Shown piece after piece: positions 1 to 10,425 of a stretch of DNA of 64,000 nucleotides. The notes beneath the pieces were generated by a model. It was not told the DNA's origin. It saw nothing but the letters and a program-made list of their open reading frames with translations, and did no database searches. The stretch's first letter is position 1. Every line of letters starts with the position of its first letter. The translations under genes were made by a program, and so were the position numbers. The stretch lies in NCBI GenBank assembly GCA_041690395.1, contig JAWLHJ010000006.1, forward strand, positions 230,530 through 294,529, read 5' to 3'. The stretch comes from Longimicrobiales bacterium (GTDB taxonomy: Bacteria; Gemmatimonadota; Gemmatimonadetes; Longimicrobiales; Gaopeijiaceae).

Positions 1-2
1 CC

Positions 3-2066
3 CCCGCGCTCGGCCGCGCCTTCACGGAGGCCGAGGCTGCGCCGGGCGGGGAGCAGGTGGTTCTGCTGAGCGACGGGCTCTGGCGGACGAGCTTCGGAGG
101 CGACCCCTCGGTGCTCGACCGGACCCTCGACGTGAACGGGACCAGTCGCCGGATCGTCGGGGTGATGCCGCCCGACTTCGGACACCCGGATCGTGAAGCC
201 CGCCTCTGGGTGCCGATGGTCATCGACCCGGTCCAGGCTCCGCTCGCTGCGTTCGGCGCAGGAGGCATCGCGCGGATGACCGACGGCACGACGGTCGAGG
301 GGCTGCATACGGAGATCGAGGGGCTGATCGGCAGGCTGCCCGAGATCTTCCCGGAGTCGGGGGCCTCGGCATTCCTCACGCAGGTGGGCCTGACGTCCGA
401 GATCCATCCGCTGAAGGAGGCCGTGGTGGGAGACGTCTCGTCCACGCTGTGGATCCTGCTCAGCACGGTGGGATTCGTCCTGCTCATCGCCTGCGCGAAC
501 GTGGCGAACCTACTGCTCGTCCGCGCGGAGGGACGGAGCCGGGAGCTGGCGCTCCGGATGGCGCTGGGCGCCGGCCGCGGCCAGGTGCTCCGGGCCTTCA
601 TGAGCGAAAGTCTCCTGCTGGCCGCGGCCGGCGGGGTTCTGGGCACGCTCATCGCCGCCGGCGCGGTCAGCTTCGTGTTCGGGCTGCTGCCGACGGATCT
701 CCCCCGCATGGCCGAGATCGGCATGGACACGCGCGTGCTCGCGTTCACGGCGGTCCTCGCGCTCGGGTGCGCGGTCTTCTTCGGGCTCTTCCCGATGCTC
801 CGGGCCGGCAGCCGCGACCTCGCGGCCCGGCTCCGGTCCGACGGTGGGCGCGGCGCCACGGGAGGGCGTGAGACCCACCGGCTTCGCAGCGGGCTCGTCG
901 TGACCCAGGTGGCACTCGCGCTCGTCCTTCTCGTCGGCGCCGGCCTGATGCTGCGGAGCTTCCAGGCGCTGCGGGCCCTGGACCCCGGATTCGACGCGGA
1001 GGGCGTGCTCGTGGCGCAGTTCTCCGTTCCCCCTGGTGAGATCCAGGGATGGGAGGAGACGGCAGGCTTCTTCCGGACCCTCGGCGACCGGCTGCGCTCC
1101 CAACCGGGGGTCGAGGCGGTCGGCTTCGGGCAGAGCGCCCCCCTGGCCGGCGGCGGTCTCCCGTTCTTCAACGTCGACGTGGAGGACCATCCACGGGCCG
1201 AAGGCGAGATCCCCATCTTCGCGAACCACAACTTCGTCGAGCCGGGCTTCTTCGAGGCTCTGGAGATCGATCTCCTCGACGGCCGGACGTTCCAGACCGG
1301 CGACGGCGCCGAAGGGACGCGCGCCGCGATCGTGAGCCGGGCCTTCGCGGAGCGCTGGTGGCCGGGCTCCAGCCCGCTCGGCCGGCAGATCCGAATCGGG
1401 CCCGAGGAGTGGTACGTGGTCGTGGGCGTGGTCGCCGATGTCCACTACGAGAGCCTGGAGGACGCGCCGGGCGAGCTCGTCTACTGGCCCGCGACGAGCG
1501 GTACCGCCGACGACCCCCAGCCCACGCGCACCATGCAGGTGACGATGAAGACGTCGTCGGACGCGCTCGCGTTCGTGGACGTCCTCCGCCGTGAGGCTCT
1601 GGCGGTCAACCCGAGGATCCCCCTCTCCAACCCCCGTCGGATGGAAGACGTGCTCGACGCGGCTGGAGCCCGGACATCGTTCACGATGACGCTCCTCGGC
1701 ACGGCGGCCGGGATCGCTCTGCTGCTCGGCCTCGTCGGCATCTACGGGGTCGTGTCGTACATCGTGGCCCAACGTACACGCGAGATCGGCGTGCGGATGG
1801 CGCTCGGTGCCACCTCCGGCGCCGTCCGGGGCATGGTCGTGCGTCAGGGGGCCGCGCTCGCCGGGCTCGGGGCCGTTCTGGGGCTCCTCGTGGCCGGTGC
1901 GCTGAGCTCGGTCATGGAGTCCCAGCTCTTCGGCATCGGCCCCACCGATCCGACGACGTACGCGTCCGTCGCTCTGCTGCTGGTCACCGTGTCGCTCGTG
2001 GCCACGTGGATCCCGGCCAGTCGCGCGGCGCGCGTGGACCCGGCCGACGCGCTTCGCGCCGAATGA
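3..2066 (+). CDS. ADOP-type (MacB/FtsX duplicated) ABC permease, 5'-truncated by window edge
   Basis: Frame open from position 3 (PALGRAFTEAE...). Motifs LLIACANVANLLL, RELALRMALGA, QRTREIGVRMALGA, PASRAARVDP. Confidence 0.92.
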   Translation, partial: PALGRAFTEAEAAPGGEQVVLLSDGLWRTSFGGDPSVLDRTLDVNGTSRRIVGVMPPDFGHPDREARLWVPMVIDPVQAPLAAFGAGGIARMTDGTTVEGLHTEIEGLIGRLPEIFPESGASAFLTQVGLTSEIHPLKEAVVGDVSSTLWILLSTVGFVLLIACANVANLLLVRAEGRSRELALRMALGAGRGQVLRAFMSESLLLAAAGGVLGTLIAAGAVSFVFGLLPTDLPRMAEIGMDTRVLAFTAVLALGCAVFFGLFPMLRAGSRDLAARLRSDGGRGATGGRETHRLRSGLVVTQVALALVLLVGAGLMLRSFQALRALDPGFDAEGVLVAQFSVPPGEIQGWEETAGFFRTLGDRLRSQPGVEAVGFGQSAPLAGGGLPFFNVDVEDHPRAEGEIPIFANHNFVEPGFFEALEIDLLDGRTFQTGDGAEGTRAAIVSRAFAERWWPGSSPLGRQIRIGPEEWYVVVGVVADVHYESLEDAPGELVYWPATSGTADDPQPTRTMQVTMKTSSDALAFVDVLRREALAVNPRIPLSNPRRMEDVLDAAGARTSFTMTLLGTAAGIALLLGLVGIYGVVSYIVAQRTREIGVRMALGATSGAVRGMVVRQGAALAGLGAVLGLLVAGALSSVMESQLFGIGPTDPTTYASVALLLVTVSLVATWIPASRAARVDPADALRAE

Positions 2067-2189
2067 GGAGGGGCGGTCCGGGGCGGTGCAGCCTTGTCAG
2101 GCGCGCCCGACGGTGCGAACTCCATCGCGTGCCCCGGACCGCGCCCTCGACCCGGGCGTCCTCGACGCCGACCCCTCGACCCAGCCGAC

Positions 2190-2486
2190 ATGAAGCTCAT
2201 CGCCACGAAGAAGAAGGAGCAGAACAGCTCGGTCCTCGATCCGTGGACGGTCGTGCACTTCGCGGCCGGCCTGGCGGCCGGGCTCGTGAACCTTCCCCGG
2301 GACTGGGCGATCGCCGGTGCGGTCGCGTACGAGCTCGCCGAGCAGTACGCCGAGCGTAGGGAATGGGGACAGGAGTTCTTCGAGACGCGCCGCCCGGAGT
2401 CCCTTTCCAACGCCGTCATCGACGTGGCCGTGTTCGTGGTCGGGCATCGGCTCGGGGAGGCCTGGAACGACACGGGCCAAGCGTAG
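2190..2486 (+). CDS. small hypothetical membrane protein (98 aa)
   Basis: ATG at 2190 (MKLIATKK...). Hydrophobic segments and DPWTVVHF...YE...ES..NAVID pattern. GC3-biased codons. Confidence 0.65.
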   Translation: MKLIATKKKEQNSSVLDPWTVVHFAAGLAAGLVNLPRDWAIAGAVAYELAEQYAERREWGQEFFETRRPESLSNAVIDVAVFVVGHRLGEAWNDTGQA

Positions 2487-2541
2487 CGCGTTTCTCGGCG
2501 GCATGGACGGCCTGCGGAAGCCGTGGTCGCTCACCCTGTAT

Positions 2542-3210
2542 CTACATGATGATCCGGTAGGGAAACCACGCCGAAACCGGTGAGCCGTCACGCGTCGCCG
2601 GGCGGAACACCCACTCCGATGCCTCACGGATCAGGCGACGGTTGAAGTCGCCGTCGCGCGTCGGCGGGTCGAGCCGGGTCGAATCCGCCACCACGCGGCC
2701 GGCCTGGTCGACGAAGACCCAGACCTGGACCTCGGTACCGCGCAGGTCCCGGTTCGTCGGGGGGATGATCATCCCGCGCGGCGACGGCGGCTGCATCGCG
2801 TCGACCCCACTTTCGGCGTCGCCCCGGTCTCCGCCTCCGGTCCCAGCCTCCACGCCGGGGACCTCCTCGAGACCGGGCCGGTCGCCGAGGAGATCGGCGG
2901 GGTCGACCTGCGGCGCCTCCTCGAACTCGACGATCTCGACGGTGGTCTCGACCGCGATCGGAACCGGCGGCGGCACCACCGGCGTCTCCGGCGACGCCCG
3001 GATGTTCATGGCCTGCATCGCGCCTGCGGCCGCACGGTCGTCCCCGCGCTCGGGTCCCGCGGCCGACGTCGACGCGACCGGGATCAAGTCACCCCGCCAG
3101 AAGAGGAAGACGGCCAGGTGAAGCACCAACGAGACCGCCAGCCCGGCGCGCCAGATCACCCGCTCACGCTGGCGGCGGCGCTTCAGGGAGAGTGGCTCGC
3201 TGGAATCCAT
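2542..3210 (-). CDS. TonB-family energy transducer
   Basis: N-terminal TM with SLVLH motif, Pro-rich linker, C-terminal TonB_C-like VQVWVFVDQAGRV...WVFRPATRDGSPV. Confidence 0.8.
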   Translation of the reverse strand: MDSSEPLSLKRRRQRERVIWRAGLAVSLVLHLAVFLFWRGDLIPVASTSAAGPERGDDRAAAGAMQAMNIRASPETPVVPPPVPIAVETTVEIVEFEEAPQVDPADLLGDRPGLEEVPGVEAGTGGGDRGDAESGVDAMQPPSPRGMIIPPTNRDLRGTEVQVWVFVDQAGRVVADSTRLDPPTRDGDFNRRLIREASEWVFRPATRDGSPVSAWFPYRIIM

Positions 3211-3396
3211 GATCCGGACCCGTGGATGAGGTGAGGGGCGGGGTCGCCCCGTGGAGATGTCTTACTGATCGGGTCGTGCTGGGGTTTCGTACCGTCGTCC
3301 ATGCAGGCGCGGTCCGTTGCATCGCCCGGGCGCCCCGGTCACCTTTCTCAACCTGACTTTCCCCTCTCCCGACTTCGGGGCCGCTGCCGTGCGGGC

Positions 3397-4299
3397 ATGG
3401 CGGCCTCTTCCATGCGAACCTCCCCCTCTTCCGACACCTCCGAAAGCCGCGTCCGCGCGTTCTACGAGCTGACCAAGCCCGGAATCGCGGGCTACGTCAT
3501 GGTCACGGCAGGCGCGGCCGCATACGTGGGATCGGCCGGCGCCCTGGAGCTGTCCGCCGCGCTGCACACGATCGTGGGGACGGGGCTGGCCACCGGCGGC
3601 GCACTGTCGCTGAACCAATACGTCGAGCGGGATATCGACGCCGTGATGCTCCGCACCCAGGGCCGGCCCATTCCGTCCGGGCGGGTGACGCCGATGGAAG
3701 CCCTCGGCTTCGGAGGTGTCCTCCTCATGGGAGGCCTCGTCTACCTCGCCGGCATGGTCGGGGCTCTCCCCGCGGCCCTCGCCGCCGCCAGCGCGATCGT
3801 CTACCACGGCGTGTACACCCCCCTCAAGACGCGGTCGTACGTCGCCACGCTGGCAGGATCGGTGCCGGGCGCACTCCCGATGCTGATCGGGTGGACGGCG
3901 GCGACGGACACGATCGGGGCGGGCGGGCTGGCGCTGTTCGCCATCGGGTACCTGTGGCAGCTCCCGCACGTCCTCGGCCTCGCGTGGATGCTCCGCGACG
4001 ACTACGCACGGGTGGGTTTCAAGCTGATCCCCGAGGGCGGCGCACGCTCCATCGGGTTGCAGATGGTGGCATCCACCGGCCTTCTCGTGCCCGTGAGCTG
4101 GCTGCCGACCTTCCTCGGGCTGACGGGTTCGGTCTACCTCGTGGGCGCCACGCTTCTCGGCCTCGTCTTCCTGTGGCGCGCCCTCCAGGCGGCCGGAGAC
4201 CTCGACGAGCGGTCCGCGCGCCGGGTGTTTCTGACCTCGCTGCTCTACCATCCGTTGCTGCTCTGCCTCATGCTGTTCGATACGGTCCGCACGCTCTGA
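3397..4299 (+). CDS. cyoE: protoheme IX farnesyltransferase (heme o synthase)
   Basis: YELTKPGI, LNQYVERDIDAVMLRTQGRPIPSGR, YTPLKTRS, WQLPH, DDYARVG. Start uncertain (3397 or 3412). Confidence 0.93.
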   Translation: MAASSMRTSPSSDTSESRVRAFYELTKPGIAGYVMVTAGAAAYVGSAGALELSAALHTIVGTGLATGGALSLNQYVERDIDAVMLRTQGRPIPSGRVTPMEALGFGGVLLMGGLVYLAGMVGALPAALAAASAIVYHGVYTPLKTRSYVATLAGSVPGALPMLIGWTAATDTIGAGGLALFAIGYLWQLPHVLGLAWMLRDDYARVGFKLIPEGGARSIGLQMVASTGLLVPVSWLPTFLGLTGSVYLVGATLLGLVFLWRALQAAGDLDERSARRVFLTSLLYHPLLLCLMLFDTVRTL

Positions 4300-4334
4300 C
4301 AACCAGACGACACCCTTCCAGGGAGGACGCCGCG

Positions 4335-5549
4335 ATGGCACCCCGTCACCCCAAGACGCCGCGGACGGTGCTTCCGGCAACCGTCCTGGTCAGCTCGTTC
4401 GTGATCGGTACGGTCCTGGCAGCGGCGAGCCCGGCCGCGAGCCAGGAGCGTCCGCGCGCCCGTGACCTCGGGATGCAGGTCGGCATCTTCCAGCCCGGCG
4501 AGCACAACGCGATCACCGACGTGGCGGGCGTACGGGTCGGGCACGCCACCGTAGTCGAGCCACCGAACGTGAGGACCGGAGTGACCGCGATCCTCCCGCA
4601 CGGGGGCAACGCGTACATGTCGCGGGTTCCCGCCGCGATGCACGTCGGCAACGGCTACGGCAAGCTCCTCGGCATCACCCAGGTCCGCGAGCTGGGTGAG
4701 CTCGAGACGCCCATCCTGCTCACCTGTACGCTGTGCGTCTGGAAGGCGGCCGACGCCATGGTGGAGTGGATGCTGGAGCGGCCCGACATGGAGGACGTCC
4801 GCTCGCTCAACGCCGTCGTGGGAGAGACCAACGACGGGGGGCTGAACGACATACGTAGCCGGCCGATCGAGCCGGAGCACGTTCGCCGGGCGCTCGAGTC
4901 GGCCTCGGACGGGCCGGTCGCCGAGGGCGCGGTGGGCGCCGGCGCGGGGACGTCGGCCTTCGGCTGGAAGGGCGGCATCGGCACGAGCAGCCGGATCGTT
5001 CCCACCTCGCTGGGAGGCTACACGGTCGGCGTCCTCGTGCAGTCGAACTATGGGGGCGTGCTCCAGATGAACGGCGCGCCGGTCGGCGTGGAGCTCGGCC
5101 AGTTCGCCTTCTCCGGCCAGGTCGCACGGCCCGAGGCACCCGCCCCCGATCCGGCCGAAGACCCCCAGGAATGGGGCTCGATCATGATCGTGGTGGCCAC
5201 CGACGCGCCTCTCTCGGCCCGGAACCTCGAGCGACTCGCGGCCCGGGCCATCATGGGGCTCGCTCGAACGGGCTCGGCCGCCAGTAACGGATCGGGCGAC
5301 TACGCCATCGCCTTCTCGACCGCCTCGGGCGTGCGCCGCGGCACCGGCCCTGAGACCCGGAGCTTCGACGACCTGCCCAACTCACGGACGAGCGCGCTCT
5401 TCCAGGCCGTGGTCGAAGCGACCGAGGAGGCCATCTACAACTCGCTCCTCAAAGCGGAAACGGTGACCAGCAACGGGCGCACCGTCGAGGCGCTCCCACT
5501 GGAGGAGACCATCGAGATCCTGCGGCGGTACGGCGCGATCCCGCAGTAG
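4335..5549 (+). CDS. DmpA/P1-family aminopeptidase with signal peptide
   Basis: NAITDVAGVRVGH, GAVGAGAG, KGGIGTSSR, NGSGDYAIAFST autoprocessing motif, EATEEAIYNSL. GGAGG upstream. Confidence 0.9.
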   Translation: MAPRHPKTPRTVLPATVLVSSFVIGTVLAAASPAASQERPRARDLGMQVGIFQPGEHNAITDVAGVRVGHATVVEPPNVRTGVTAILPHGGNAYMSRVPAAMHVGNGYGKLLGITQVRELGELETPILLTCTLCVWKAADAMVEWMLERPDMEDVRSLNAVVGETNDGGLNDIRSRPIEPEHVRRALESASDGPVAEGAVGAGAGTSAFGWKGGIGTSSRIVPTSLGGYTVGVLVQSNYGGVLQMNGAPVGVELGQFAFSGQVARPEAPAPDPAEDPQEWGSIMIVVATDAPLSARNLERLAARAIMGLARTGSAASNGSGDYAIAFSTASGVRRGTGPETRSFDDLPNSRTSALFQAVVEATEEAIYNSLLKAETVTSNGRTVEALPLEETIEILRRYGAIPQ

Positions 5550-5603
5550 CGGAAGCGAGGCGGGCGCGCCGGCTCAGCAAGGCGCCCGCTCCTCCGCGAG
5601 CGC

Positions 5604-6998
5604 CTACAACTCGAAGGAGTCGCCGCGCTCGGGCATGGTCACGTTGTCGTAGCCGCGCTCCTCGAGCGCGTTCGCGAGTGCGATCTGCCGCCCGGGCTCG
5701 CCATGGACCAGGAAGGTCCTGCGGAGCCGCTGACGGTCCAGCCGCCCGATGAACTCCAACAGCTCGGGCTCGTCGGCGTGCGCGGAGTAGGAGTTCATGA
5801 CCTCGACCTCCGCCCGCAACGGATGGGGCTCGCCGAAGATCCTCACCTCCGGCTCGCGATCGACGATGCGCTTGCCCAGCGTGTGCTCGGCGCAATAGCC
5901 CACGATGAGCACGGTGTTGCGGGGGTCCGAGATGTTGTTCCGCAGGTGGTGGAGGATGCGGCCGGCCTCCGCCATCCCCGACGCCGAGATGATCACCATC
6001 GGCAGCCGGGAGGAGTTCAGCTTCTTCGACTCCTGGACGTCGCGGATGTACGTCAGCCGTCCGAACCCGAACGGATGCGCGTCCGTCTCCATGTACGCCC
6101 GCATCTTGTCGTCGAAGCACTCCGGATGCGCCCGGAAGATGTCGGTGACGTTCACCGCGAGCGGGCTGTCGACGAAGATCGGGATGGGCGGCAGGCGCCC
6201 CTCGTTCTCGAGCTCGTCCAGCCGGTGCACGATTTCCTGGGTCCGGCCCACCGCGAACGCGGGGATGATGACCTTTCCGCCCCGGGCCGCCGTCCGCCCC
6301 ACGACTTCCGCGAGTCGATCCTTGGCCTTGTCGGGCGGATCGTGTACTTCTCCGCCGTAGGTCGACTCCGTGATGAGGTAGTCGCAGTCGGCCATCGTCT
6401 CGGGGTCGCGAAGGATTGGACGGTTCGCCCGTCCCACGTCGCCGGTGAAGCCGAGCTTCACGGTCCGCGTCCCCTCGCGCACCGTCAGCACCATGGTCGC
6501 CGACCCGAGAATGTGCCCGGCGTCCCGGTACTCGACCTCGAGACCGGGGAGGGGTTGGAAGGGCGTCCCGTAGTCCACGCCTTCGAACTGCTCGAGCACC
6601 GCCTCGGCGTCCTCCATGCGGTACAGCGGCTCGAGCCGGTCGTCACCCCGTCGCCGCTCGCGACGGTTCACCCACTCGATGTCCTTCTCCTGGATGAACG
6701 CGCTGTCACGGAGCATCGCCCCGCACAGGTCGCGCGTGGCGTGGGTCGCCCACACCGTTCCCCTGAATCCCTGCTTCTGGAACGCCGGCAGCAGCCCGGA
6801 ATGGTCGATGTGCGCGTGCGACAGGAGCACGGCATCGACGGTCGCCGGGTCGACGGGCATGGAAGCGTTCCTGCGCCGGGCCTCGGCCCGTCGCCCCTGG
6901 AACAACCCGCAGTCCAGCAACACGCGCCCACCCTCGAACTCGAGGAGATGGGCGGAGCCGGTGACGGTACGCGCCGCGCCCCAGAACGTGAGCCTCAC
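5604..6998 (-). CDS. MBL-fold beta-CASP ribonuclease
   Basis: GAARTVTGS, SHAHIDHSG, AGHILGS, ESTYG, PAFAVGRTQE, SASGM, SAHAD, VHGE. Confidence 0.9.
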   Translation of the reverse strand: MRLTFWGAARTVTGSAHLLEFEGGRVLLDCGLFQGRRAEARRRNASMPVDPATVDAVLLSHAHIDHSGLLPAFQKQGFRGTVWATHATRDLCGAMLRDSAFIQEKDIEWVNRRERRRGDDRLEPLYRMEDAEAVLEQFEGVDYGTPFQPLPGLEVEYRDAGHILGSATMVLTVREGTRTVKLGFTGDVGRANRPILRDPETMADCDYLITESTYGGEVHDPPDKAKDRLAEVVGRTAARGGKVIIPAFAVGRTQEIVHRLDELENEGRLPPIPIFVDSPLAVNVTDIFRAHPECFDDKMRAYMETDAHPFGFGRLTYIRDVQESKKLNSSRLPMVIISASGMAEAGRILHHLRNNISDPRNTVLIVGYCAEHTLGKRIVDREPEVRIFGEPHPLRAEVEVMNSYSAHADEPELLEFIGRLDRQRLRRTFLVHGEPGRQIALANALEERGYDNVTMPERGDSFEL

Positions 6999-7025
6999 GC
7001 TGCGCTCTCCATCACCGGCCGGCCA

Positions 7026-8627
7026 TCAATCGAGCGCCACCACGACCGCGGACGACACCTCGTCCAAGCCGAGCAACGCCTCGCGGATGTCCTGCGATAC
7101 GTCGCCATCCACGACGATCGCGGCCAACGCCTCGCCGCCCTTCGCCAACCTCGCCTGGTGATAGCCGGCGATGTTGATGCCGTGGTCGCCCAGAATCGAG
7201 CCGACCCGGCCGATGACGCCCGGCACGTCGGCGTTCTTGAGGACGACGAGTGAGCCTTCCGGCGCCACGTCGACATGGTAGTCGTTGATGCGAACGATGC
7301 GCGGGTGGGCGTCGCCGAGAAGCGCCCCGGCCAGCTTGAGGCTGCCCCGCTCCGCCTTGATCGCGATCTCCACGTACTCGGTGTAGTGGCGGTGACGGGC
7401 GAGGGACGTGCGTGACACGCCGATCCCGCGCTGCTTCGCGAGGTGGCCCGCGCTCACGAAGTTCACCTGGTCCCGACCCAGGATCTTCTGCAGGAGGCCC
7501 ACCAGGACATAGTTGGTGAGCGGGCGGAGGGCGTCGTCGGACGCTCCGGCGTAGCGGATCTCCACTTCCTCGAGGCCCCCCGGCGCGAGGGCCGTGGCCA
7601 GGAATCCGAGACGTCGGCCCAGCTCGAACAGCGGCATGAGTGTGCGGAGCGCTTCGCTGCCGATCGCCGGCGCATTCAGAGCCCTCGACAGATCACCCTT
7701 GGACAGTGCGTCGCGCACCGCCTCGGCGATCTCGGTCGCGACCAGCTCCTGCGCCTCCTCGGTGGAGGCGCCCAGGTGCGGCGTGAGCACCGCGTTCGGC
7801 GCCTCGCGAAGGGGTGAGCCCTCCTCGAGCGGCTCGTTGCCGTACACGTCGAGCGCGGCTCCCGCGATGTGCCCGCTGTGGAGCGCATCGGCGAGCGCGG
7901 CCTCGTCGACGACCCCGCCCCGCGCAACGTTCACCAGGTAGGCGCCCTTCTTCATGCGCCCGAGGGCTTCGGCGTCGATCAGGTTTTCGGTGTCGTCGGT
8001 GAGCGGCACGTGCAGCGAGAGGATATCCGCGGCCGCGATGACGTCGTCCAACTCGGCGCGCTCGACACCGAGGTCGGCCGCACGCTCGTCCGTGAGATAC
8101 GGATCGTAGGCCACGACGCGCATGCCGAACGCCTTGCAGCGTTTGGCCACGGTCCCGCCGATTCGACCCGCGCCCACGAGGCCGAGCGTCCGACCCCGCA
8201 GCTCCACGCCCTTGAACTTCGACCGTTTCCACTCACCCTTACGAACCGAAGCGTCCGCGGCCGGGACCTGGCGCACCAGCGACATCATGAGCGCCATGGT
8301 GAGCTCGGCCGCCGCGACCGTGTTTCCGGCCGGCGCGTTCATCACCGCGACTCCGCGCGCGGTCGCCGCGTCCAGGTCGATGTTGTCCACGCCCACCCCG
8401 GCGCGTCCGATGACCTGGAGCTTCGGGGCTTTCGCGAGCATCTCGTCGCGCACCTTGGTGGCGCTCCGCACGACGAGCCCCTGGGCCCGCCCGAGCGCCT
8501 CCTCGAACTCCGGCGTCGAGGAGTCGTCGATCTGCACGATCTCGAACCGGTCGTCGACCGAGAAGGGCTCGAGGCCGGAGGCGGACACCTTGTCCGTCAC
8601 GAGGACGGTAAAGCGCTCGCCGCTCAT
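7026..8627 (-). CDS. serA: D-3-phosphoglycerate dehydrogenase (with ASB and ACT domains)
   Basis: VRSATKV, GRAGVGVDNID, GLVGAGRIG, NVARGGVVDE, TPHLGASTEEAQ, C-terminal ACT (DVPGVIGRVG). ATG overlaps upstream stop (ATGA). Confidence 0.95.
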   Translation of the reverse strand: MSGERFTVLVTDKVSASGLEPFSVDDRFEIVQIDDSSTPEFEEALGRAQGLVVRSATKVRDEMLAKAPKLQVIGRAGVGVDNIDLDAATARGVAVMNAPAGNTVAAAELTMALMMSLVRQVPAADASVRKGEWKRSKFKGVELRGRTLGLVGAGRIGGTVAKRCKAFGMRVVAYDPYLTDERAADLGVERAELDDVIAAADILSLHVPLTDDTENLIDAEALGRMKKGAYLVNVARGGVVDEAALADALHSGHIAGAALDVYGNEPLEEGSPLREAPNAVLTPHLGASTEEAQELVATEIAEAVRDALSKGDLSRALNAPAIGSEALRTLMPLFELGRRLGFLATALAPGGLEEVEIRYAGASDDALRPLTNYVLVGLLQKILGRDQVNFVSAGHLAKQRGIGVSRTSLARHRHYTEYVEIAIKAERGSLKLAGALLGDAHPRIVRINDYHVDVAPEGSLVVLKNADVPGVIGRVGSILGDHGINIAGYHQARLAKGGEALAAIVVDGDVSQDIREALLGLDEVSSAVVVALD

Positions 8628-9736
8628 CGGACCACCTCGGTCAGCTCGGCGAGGAGCGCGTTCAACTCGTCCACCGTGTGCTCGCCCATGTGCCCGATTC
8701 GGAAGGTCTCCGGCTTCCATTTGCCGTATCCGCCTCCGATCACCCAGCCGCGCTGGGCCATCGCCTTGACGATATCCGGCGCCGCCGTGCCTTCGGGCAC
8801 GCGGATCGCCGTCACGCCGGGGGAGCGATACCCCTCGGGCGCGACGAGGGAGAGCACCACGCCGGCTTCGCGCATCTCGTCCACCCAGGCGTACGTCCTC
8901 TCGGCCATGGCCGTGTGCCGCGCCCACCGCGCCTCGAGCCCCTCGTCGAGGATCCGCTTGGCCTGGACCTGTAGCGCGTAGATCACCGACAGGGCCGGCG
9001 TCGACGGCGACTGATACTTCTCGGCGTTGGCCTCGAACTGCTCGAGGTCGAAGTAGTACCCCTTGTTCGGGGAGTGCTTCGAGCGCTCGAGCATCCGCTC
9101 GGAAGCCACGCCGAACGCGAGCCCCGGCGGGAGGGCGAGCGCCTTCTGCGAGCCGGTCAGCAGGAAGTCGATGCCCCATTCGTCGGTCCGGACCTCGGCG
9201 GCGCTGAAGCCGGAGACCGAGTCGACCATGATCACGACGTCGTCGAGCTCCCGAACCACGGCCGCGAGGGCGCGGATGTCGTTCAGCACGCTCGTGGACG
9301 TCTCGGAGTGGGCGACGGTGACCGTGCCGTAGTCTCCGCTCTGCAGGCGACGACGCAGCTCCTCGGGGTCGTGCGCTTCACCCCAGGGGATCTCGTACCG
9401 ATCCACCTCGAGCCCGCACGCCTCGCCGATCTTCGCGAACCGCTGGCTGAACGCGCCGTTCACGAGGGAAAGGACCTTGCGACGGCCGGAGTTGAGGATC
9501 GCGGCCTCCATGAACCCCGTGGCCGAGGAAGTCGACAGGTAGACGTGGCGCTTCGTGAGGAAGACGGCCTGGAGAGCCTCGTCGATCTCGCGCATGATGG
9601 CCTGGATGCCGGCGCCGCGGTGGGAGATCATCGGGCGCGTCTGCGCCGCGAGGACATCGGGGTGGACCTCGGTGGGTCCGGGAAGGAAGAAACGACCGAA
9701 AGGCGCTTCCGCACCTCCGGAAATGGGCTTATTCAA
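8624..9736 (-). CDS. class V PLP aminotransferase (serine-pyruvate/AGXT type; probable phosphoserine aminotransferase role)
   Basis: FLPGPTEV, HSETSTSV, VDSVS, TGSQKALALPPGL, FRIGHMG. TTG start with GAGGAG SD. Coupled to serA. Confidence 0.88.
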   Translation of the reverse strand: MNKPISGGAEAPFGRFFLPGPTEVHPDVLAAQTRPMISHRGAGIQAIMREIDEALQAVFLTKRHVYLSTSSATGFMEAAILNSGRRKVLSLVNGAFSQRFAKIGEACGLEVDRYEIPWGEAHDPEELRRRLQSGDYGTVTVAHSETSTSVLNDIRALAAVVRELDDVVIMVDSVSGFSAAEVRTDEWGIDFLLTGSQKALALPPGLAFGVASERMLERSKHSPNKGYYFDLEQFEANAEKYQSPSTPALSVIYALQVQAKRILDEGLEARWARHTAMAERTYAWVDEMREAGVVLSLVAPEGYRSPGVTAIRVPEGTAAPDIVKAMAQRGWVIGGGYGKWKPETFRIGHMGEHTVDELNALLAELTEVVR

Positions 9737-9843
9737 GGATCTATCTCCTCGCTGACTGCGATGAAGACTCAGTGACGGTCGGCGCTGGAGCGCGCGGATC
9801 GGAAGCTAACGAATCGCATGACGTTTTCTAGAAGGGGACCCCT

Positions 9844-10362
9844 CTAGCGCCAGTGATCCTTCCAGCGGGTGTATTGCACGGTCGCCACACCCGCATGCTC
9901 GAGGACGTCGAGGCCCGCCGCGTCCCTGTACGCGTGCCGGTAGAAGAGGTGCGACACGTGAGACTGGACCATCAGCTTGGCGCACATGACACACGGGCTC
10001 GCGGTGACGAACGCCACCTTGTCCCGCATGTGGCCCGGCGACTTCACGAGCGCGTTCATCTCCGAATGGATGCAGCCGCACCGTCCGGCCTCGTCTGAAT
10101 CGCATCGGTTGGGAAAGCCTCGCGCGTTCCCGTTGTAGCCGATGGACACGACGTGCTCGAGTAGCGGGTCCGTGAGAACGGTCCCTACCTGGAGCCGCGC
10201 GCACGTCGAGCGCTTCGCGAGCTCCTCCGCCATGCGCATGTACACCTCGTAGAGCGGGGGCCGCGTCACCGGATCGACGGCCGCCACGAAGTCCTCCGGG
10301 ACCTCGACGACGTTCAGCGGATGCGTGTTCTCGTGGACGCCGTCCTTGAAGATCACCGGCAC
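9844..10362 (-). CDS. dCMP deaminase / ComEB-like zinc deaminase
   Basis: RSTCARLQVG, GYNG, HSEMNAL, SPCVMC zinc motifs. Confidence 0.88.
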   Translation of the reverse strand: MPVIFKDGVHENTHPLNVVEVPEDFVAAVDPVTRPPLYEVYMRMAEELAKRSTCARLQVGTVLTDPLLEHVVSIGYNGNARGFPNRCDSDEAGRCGCIHSEMNALVKSPGHMRDKVAFVTASPCVMCAKLMVQSHVSHLFYRHAYRDAAGLDVLEHAGVATVQYTRWKDHWR

Positions 10363-10425
10363 GGGGCCTCCTTGGGGGTGAAGTACGATCGTCAGCGTTC
10401 GGCGGGGGCTCGACGCCCCCAGGGC

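Noticed and set aside
5703..7253. Long antisense ORFs (also 10321-12021, 12329-13840, 20571-22196, 27299-29110, 45335-47140, 47829-49721)
   Set aside because: They mirror well-supported genes on the other strand and have no recognisable motifs.
7026..9179. 717-aa extended SerA, and similar extensions at 3891, 25009, 26964, 55896 and 63608
   Set aside because: Extensions overlap real neighbouring genes in another frame; high-GC stop-codon scarcity explains them.
9844..10362. Deaminase as anti-phage dCTP deaminase (AvcD-like)
   Set aside because: No P-loop kinase domain and no defence-island context.
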